Of a DNA stretch of 64,000 bases, positions 37,938-64,000 are shown one piece after another. The notes beneath the pieces were generated by a model. The model ran no database searches. It worked only from the letters and a program-made list of their open reading frames with translations, and was not told where the DNA came from. A program made the translations under genes and the position numbers. Position 1 is the stretch's first letter. Every line of letters starts with the position of its first letter. The DNA comes from Balanoglossus misakiensis (lineage: Eukaryota > Animalia > Hemichordata), in NCBI GenBank assembly GCA_040954595.2, contig CM082596.2, forward strand, positions 3,028,656 through 3,092,655. The letters are read 5' to 3'.

Positions 37938-40900
37938 ATGAGTAGCAGGCAGGGTGTGGGTCTTTGCAGACTTGGGTGTCGAGAACTTTTGCTCAGAAGG
38001 AGGGCATGTTCATGGAGAAGGTAATTACAATGTTATTGTTCACCTGCAATCATTGATTAGTTAGTTGTCGAACTTGATGTTGAAACGTTATCTGCTAGCA
38101 AGACTATTTTGTTTTATATTCACAGGATCAATGTCTATTTCATCATTTTAATCATTCTTGTGGTAGTCCGGTTGGTTGCATCCAGCAGCTGCCCAGCCAA
38201 CAATATCTTCTATTATTTACCAATTGATAGATACTGCTCCGTGTCTCAGCAAAACAATCCCCTCCTCCAACAAGAAGGACTTCCAAAGTTCACAGACATC
38301 AAAGTAGACCATGTCATCCCTGGAGTTCAAAGACTTGTGGCTGAATTCGAAGAAAATCTTAAAGACGTCGAGATGGACTTAGCAGGTATAGGGGAATATT
38401 TTTTATGTATTCTAAGACTTTTGCCCACGGTGTTGTGAGAAAGGAGTGAATAAGTAAAATATATGCACATGTTGATTTGTCATGTGATCTCTGCTGTTCC
38501 ACAGATCCATCCAAAACAATAACATGGTCCAACCTGTTTGATCCATTGGAACGAGGGGGATCACCCCTCGTCTATGGCTGGGGTGTTGTCAGCCATCTTA
38601 TGGGCGTCAAGAATAGCGAAGGCCTGAGAAACGCCTATCAACAGATCCAGCCAGTAGTGATACAAGCCACAACAAAACTGTCACAGAGTGTGGACATTTA
38701 CAAAGCAATTAAAGTAGGTTGTGATATGCACAAGAGTCTGACATTCTGATTGGCCTGAAATTGTCATGTGACAAAATTTGATTTAACCATTACAAAATAG
38801 ATGTTTATGGAGTAAAAGATCAAAGCTGTTTGCTTACTCACATATCTGGCTCACTTAATATGATATCTGTGTTTTGTTTTCATCTAGAAATTACAAGAAA
38901 TTGACCCTTCACTAGATGATGCACAGCAAAGAATCATTGATTCCAGTTTGCTAGCAGCACAGCTTGGTGGTGTAGAACTGACAAGCGAACAAAAGCAACA
39001 ATTCAATAATAACAGACTCAAACTTGCCAAATTAAGTACAGATTTCAGGTAAGATTGGGAAGAGTTTCCTCTGGGAAATGGTGTTCTGAAATCAATTTAT
39101 CATGTTGTGTTTCACTAACAGTGATTTCATTCTTTCGTATATCCAGTAACAACGTTTTAGACTCCATCAAGTCATTCCACATACTTCTGTCGGATAAGAA
39201 AGACGTCGATGGCTTGCCACTGTCATTGTTGCAGTTGATGGCGTTCACTGCTGCAGAAGACAAAGCCATGTAAGGACAAACTCTCTGTTGTAGAGTGATT
39301 TGGACTCTTGTCAGAATGCCATGATGTGTGTACCTGTTGGTCCCTTCACTTCTGAGAACATTACCACACACAAACATTTATTGTTTGTTTTGCAGTGTAA
39401 ATCCAGAAGCTGGACCATGGAAAGTCACTCTAGATATACCATGCTATGAACCCTTCATGAAACACAGTACACAAAGAGAACTCAGAGAAAAATTGTACAG
39501 AGCTTTCATCACCAGGGCATCACAAGGAAACCACAGTAACAGTGAAATCATCGAAAATATCAGAAATCTAAGGTAGGTTCTGTCTCAGAACAGAGAATTC
39601 CCTGCTAATCTATATCAGTGGCATTATTTCAAGGGACTTGAATATCAAACCATTGCTAACTTGGTTCTTATTTCTTTATACAGACAAGAAAATGCGGAGA
39701 TTCTTGGTTTTGAGAACTACGCAGCCAAGTCTTTGAAATCTAAAATGGCCAAAGACGTAGAGGAAGTGATGACACTGATTCGAAGCCTCAAAGAGAAAAG
39801 TAAAGTAGCTGCTGAAAGGTAAATAGTCTTTGAATCCCCAAATATTGTACAAAGTTTACACATTTTATACATGTCCCCTATTAGATGCCTGTATGAACAT
39901 GGCTACTTTCACAATATTTCTTTCTGTTGTATTAGAGAAGTGGAAGAACTGAAATCATTTGCAAGTAGCCGTGGTTTCCAGGACGACCTCAGGCAGTGGG
40001 ATCTGCCATATTGGGCGGAGAGGAGACGGGAGCATCTTTTCAAGTAAGTCAAGCATTTCTCAGTCAAGTGCAGAAAATTAGACTCGGCATTGTGGTAGAA
40101 ATTAATGATGTACTTTTTGATTTCTGTTGCAGTTTCAGTGAGGAGGAATTGAGGCCATACTTTCCACTGAACAAAGTATTACAAGGGTTGTTTGATTTGA
40201 CAACTTTCCTCTTTGGTGTCAAAATACAGGTAAGAAAATCTTAATTTGGTCAAATACCTTCTTGTTCCAACAATACCCCTGCAAGATTTTCTCATCCAAG
40301 ATTTGTTTCTTTCACCAGCCAGCTGATGGTAAAGCTGAAATCTGGCATGAAGACGTCAGATTCTTTGATATATTGAATGAAACTGGTAAGAATTTTATCT
40401 GTAAATACTTCATTTATACTTTCTTGGCAGAGATAAGGTACCTGTATTCAAATCATTTTGTAGAGTGTTTGAGAAACTTCATCTCAAGGAAATCAAATTT
40501 GTATCACAGAAACTGCCAGTCAAAATCAGATTTCTGTTGTGGTTATAATGTCATATTTGTTAATGTTTAAGGTGAGCACATAGCATCATTTTACCTGGAT
40601 CCCTACAGCAGACCTGCTGAGAAGCGAGGTGGAGCGTGGATGGGTGATGCATTAGGTGAGATAATCACGAAAATTAAAGAGTACATCACTCTGGTATCTG
40701 TTTATGAATGCATATATTTCCACTCGGATATGATCCTGATTCTGGTCAAAATCGTCCTCTTTTTCATACAGTTATGTGTTTTCATATGATGGATTTTGTG
40801 CCAGAACGTGTTTAAATTTAATGGCATGGTTCAATATTTCAGGAAAGAGTGAGTTGCTCGGCAGGAAACCTGTCGCTTACTTGATTTGTAATCAAAGCCC

Positions 40901-42568
40901 ACCTGTGAAAGACAGGCCATCTTTGATGACTTTCAGAGAAGTGGAAACTCTGTTTCATGAGGTTTGTATGCAAAACATTCTTACTCAAATGTGTGTTATA
41001 TTTTCCATGATTGTTGAAGTAGTTGCAGTTAACTTTATATTTTGGCGTTAGTACAACACGAACCCAGTCAGCACTGGTAGCGCATCCATAGATGACAATC
41101 TCCTTGTATAAAAACACAATCAATCTTCCCCTCTCTCTTAGTTTGGCCATGGTCTGCAACACATGCTGACAACAGTGCCATACGCCGATGCAGCCGGCAT
41201 CAACAACATAGAGTGGGATGCCGTGGAACTGCCGTCTCAGTTCATGGAAAACTGGGTTTACGATGAAGCAACCATGGCAACCATCAGTGGTCACTACCAG
41301 ACTGGAGAGACATTGCCAAAGCGTCTTTTTGAGCAGCTAGTCAAAGGTACTGATGACAGTTTCAAATATTCATACGAATACTAACCAATGCATTAAACCT
41401 GATCCTAAAATTTAGAATGAACTGTGACCATCCTCGGTTTCATCTGAATAAGATTTTTATCTTTTTACAGCACGGAAATACAATGCCGGACTTCAGATGC
41501 TGAGACAGTTGTACTTTGGAGCCTTAGACATGGAACTACATACCAAGTGAGTTCAATGTTTTACCCCTACTTGTCATACTGAGTAGGAACTCCCTGCTTT
41601 GGTCTTATCCAGGTTTGTGAAGTCATCAATTGGAATTAATGCAGCAGTAGTAACCTTATCTCCCTCTCTTTCTTAGCAATGATGCTTGGCTTGACATCAT
41701 GAAGAGGATATCAGACGAGTACACAATCATTAAACCGTTGCCGGTAAGGGATAGAACTAATCTGCCATGTCAACTTACCGAACGTTGTCTGTTGTAGTGT
41801 GCAAAGCCCCGTCTGTGTAACTGTCTTCACTTCTTGAGCTGAAAGTTAAAAGGACGCAGGGTCAAGAGAGGGACCGGGTATTTGCAAGGACATTCAATGA
41901 CTTGTGCGATAAACAGATAATGAGAAGACCCTATGAAAATAGCCCATGACCTTCATCTTTTTACACGCAACATCACAACTTTTAGAGATACTGAATATAC
42001 TTCATGAATTTCCAGGAGGATCGGTTTCCGTGTTCCTTTCAACACATCTTTGCGGGTGGTTATTCAGCAGGGTATTACTCTTACAAGTGGGCAGAGGTGA
42101 GTTGAGAAAGATTTTCCTTTGCATCAGACATAACAGAAGTCATTCCTAATCATCTCAATACTACAAGTAGCAAGAGTTAACCGTTTTATTTCTCTGTCAG
42201 GTCATGTCAGCTGATGCATTTGAAGCATTCCAAGAGGTCGGACTCGACAATAGAGAAGAAATTGCCAAAGTTGGGAAAAGGTTTGTATCAGGCTTACACT
42301 CTATTTCATTCTAAACAAGTTCTGTTTAGACAATTCTAGTTGATGTAATAACTGTTAAATGACTTTTCTCCACCAGTGTCGGTTTTCTGTACCGGAAGTG
42401 CAAGAAGTGCAAGATTTCTTATTAAAATGTTACTTGATCATTTTTTGCAGGTTCAGAGATACAGTGCTCTCATTGGGTGGTGGTCTTCATCCGAGAACAG
42501 TCTTTCAAAAGTTCAGAGGTCGTGACCCTTCACCTGAACCACTTCTCAGATTATATGGGCTAAGTTGA
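37938..42568 (+). CDS. Oligopeptidase A-like zinc metallopeptidase (family M3A) with an N-terminal hydrophobic segment
   Basis: About 18 exons. Motifs: [57 protein letters not shown] (HEXXH split by the intron after 40961), [50 protein letters not shown] at 42566-42568. The start exon (37938-38020) is less certain. Confidence 0.93.
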
Positions 42569-44085
42569 AACATTATGTAGCATGGATGTTTATCATGTGG
42601 GGCTTCAATACAATGTATTTTTCTTTAACGTTGTCAAAAGTTCCCTATTTTTTATATCTGGTGATATGATCATATGTGTAATTTTAGTTATTGATCTCAC
42701 ATAATTATGTACAATAAAATATCAGAAAATATGACAGATTTCACATGGTCATGTTTTTGTTTGACTATTTTATTTCCATACAACCTGTTTGTTCTTTTCT
42801 ATAAAAAGGACCTCAGCTTTAAAGAAACCAACATATATGTCTAACAACCTTAGATTTCATCTTCCAATAGCATACAATGACTCACTGGTACCCAGTAGTC
42901 ATAGAAACAAGCAAACAAATGAGCTACAATACACATAATTCTCGATTATTGCACCTTGTACAAAATTTCACCCATCCCTGTACAATAAGCTACAAAATAT
43001 TCACCGTAAATATTGATCAAGTTCCAATTATTCCCAATGATGCCCACTCTTTTCCATTCAATGAGATGACAGTTACCACCATTTCCTAGTAGTTTAGACT
43101 TACATCAGAAACGTATTTCAGTATTTGTGCCATTGTAATAGTATCTTTTACCGTTGCTTTGAACACCTAGCAACATATTCGTGCTAAGCAGAGTTACAGG
43201 CCAGCCTTTCAATTGAAAATACAACAAGCAATATTAGTATTTTGCTTTTTCTTCAAAAATTTCACTCTTTAAAGTAGAAAGCCGTAGCATTAAGTAAAGC
43301 AACACTTCATCATTTTTTGATACCTTGCTATTCAAAAAAGACGTATTTACACCTGCTTTTGGGGTTCAGAATCAATTAATGTAGTTCAGCATTGAAATTG
43401 CATTACGGGAAGTCCTAGATTAATCTAGAAAAAAATTTGATTTTTATAGAAAACAGAAAAAACAACAATAGTTTGTAATATGAGGTACAATAAACATATA
43501 GACAGAAGTTGTCTATATTTAGTAAATATACATGACATTCTACATGACATTGTGCCTTCGAATATCATATTCAAAATCAAAAGATAAAAAAAAATTCACC
43601 AAAAAATACTAGTTATAGCATCACCAATTACATAACATATAACATAATTCATTAAAATTAACAATAAATGAGTTGATTTCTTCTTTCATAATCACATGTA
43701 TTCATTATAAATACAACTGTTGTATAAATTTCCATGTTTCAGTGATAATGAAATTCTCATCATTTCCTTATATGGGATTAATTCTCTAATATTTATATCA
43801 GATCATGAATATTAAAATCCCCTTCTGCAGATGTGATAATTGCTTTGCATATGAAAACATGAATATTTATACACTGGAGTTTCACTGGAGTTGATTCAGT
43901 ATCAATTAATAAATTAAATAAGTGGTATTCACAAAATTAGGTGGAATATTAAATGCATTGATATTCGTATAAATCCATAACTCAGGTTTTCAGTTATATA
44001 CAATGTCTGTCAGATGGTACTACCCAGACATGTGGGTATCGACAAGATTTCAGTCGATTCAACTGACAGAGAGAGTTTGGGCATC

Positions 44086-62797
<18,712 letters not shown>

Positions 62798-64000
62798 CTG
62801 TCACACACAAGACAAGGAAACAAAGTCAATCATTGATAACCAAGTTATATTGCTTACATCTTATCTACACATGTATAGCAGAAATTCATGGTGTTGTTCC
62901 CAAGGACATACATGGTATTGTTCCCAAGAGTTCCTTCAGTAATCATGGACTCCTGGAGGGACAATTAACTCCCTCCAATGATGATCCCATGGGAACCAAG
63001 TCCCACCAATTATTATTCCCACAAAAGAGATTACATGGACATCCCATGTTTATCCTGCTCGGATAATTAAAAGTCCATGCAATGCCAAGGTAATCCTACT
63101 GAAGGATTATGCTAGACATTGAAACAAGCACAAGCTAAAATGTTTACGACTACTGAATTGTCTCAGTGTCATTTTTCCAATGAGACTTCGACACCTACTG
63201 GGAATAGAGAAGTCGTATCATGCATGACTAGACTTGCTGACAGGGGCATGCAGTTGTACACATTGTATGCTAAATCCCTGTCATGAAGACACACAGATTC
63301 AGTATCAAAGAATGCGAAATCTGGCCTTTCTATTGCAGGTACTTCCCACCATTGTTTTTAATCATTGTTCCGTGTTAAAGCACAAAGACTAACTGCTTGG
63401 ATCTAAGGTCCTCAAGAAGGTTCACTGACTTCAACTACTGCAAGAAGCTATCTTTAGCTCAGTACACGAGTAGCATGTGACTACTGGGTGAAAGTAGCGT
63501 AACTTGAGATGATTGCGGCCGGCATGTAAAACCCAGTCTGCTTCCTCATAATTGTCATAATGAAAAGTGACCATCGCAAATTTAATCCCCTATGGAATCT
63601 ACATCAGAATAAGATTCCCACAATAATTTACATAATTTTTCATATAATGCCTAGCTGGTTCATCTGATACTGTCATAGAAAGGACTGTGAATTTTTAGTA
63701 ATTGTGCGCTTGGGCAGTTCTGAAGAGACGACCGGAAATCCAGCAGCAAAATCTAATTCATAAACAGTGGGTGGCGAGTTGAGAAAAATGTGAACTCTGT
63801 TAGTGTTCATCGCCTCCCCTTTTTCTTTCTAATTAAAGACATTTTCCACATTCCATTTTAGACATTTTTCAGATTTTTAATTTCTTTTTCACAAGAAAAT
63901 ACTTCACAAGATGGTGTCTTGTCACGTATGGTTGTGGGTGGTGCTCACAAGTTAAAATATACAACATTGAATGGGATGACCACTAGTACAACGTCGCTAC

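Noticed and set aside
62886-62930. Short imperfect duplication CATGGTRTTGTTCCCAAG
   Set aside because: Two-copy intronic duplication with no further structure.

Overview
Intron-rich genomic DNA from an invertebrate animal; the gene style is compatible with a non-vertebrate deuterostome such as a hemichordate, but that is inference. From left to right the window holds: (1) a minus-strand rhodopsin-class neuropeptide GPCR whose last exon is off-window; (2) an intronless 355-aa ORF with a PDZ domain and a C-terminal region resembling an interleukin-1-family beta-trefoil, surrounded by NF-kB-like sites; (3) a tRNA-Glu(TTC); (4) a 10-exon ankyrin-repeat gene ending in a polybasic CaaX motif; (5) Beclin-1, head-to-head with (6) guanylate kinase; (7) an oligopeptidase A-type M3 peptidase with an apparent N-terminal membrane anchor; (8) most of a neurobeachin-like BEACH/WD40 gene. 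The best candidate for novel biology is the PDZ plus IL-1-like gene with its kB/IRF motif cluster. All exon boundaries were read by eye from GT/AG sites and reading frame, and no database search was run.
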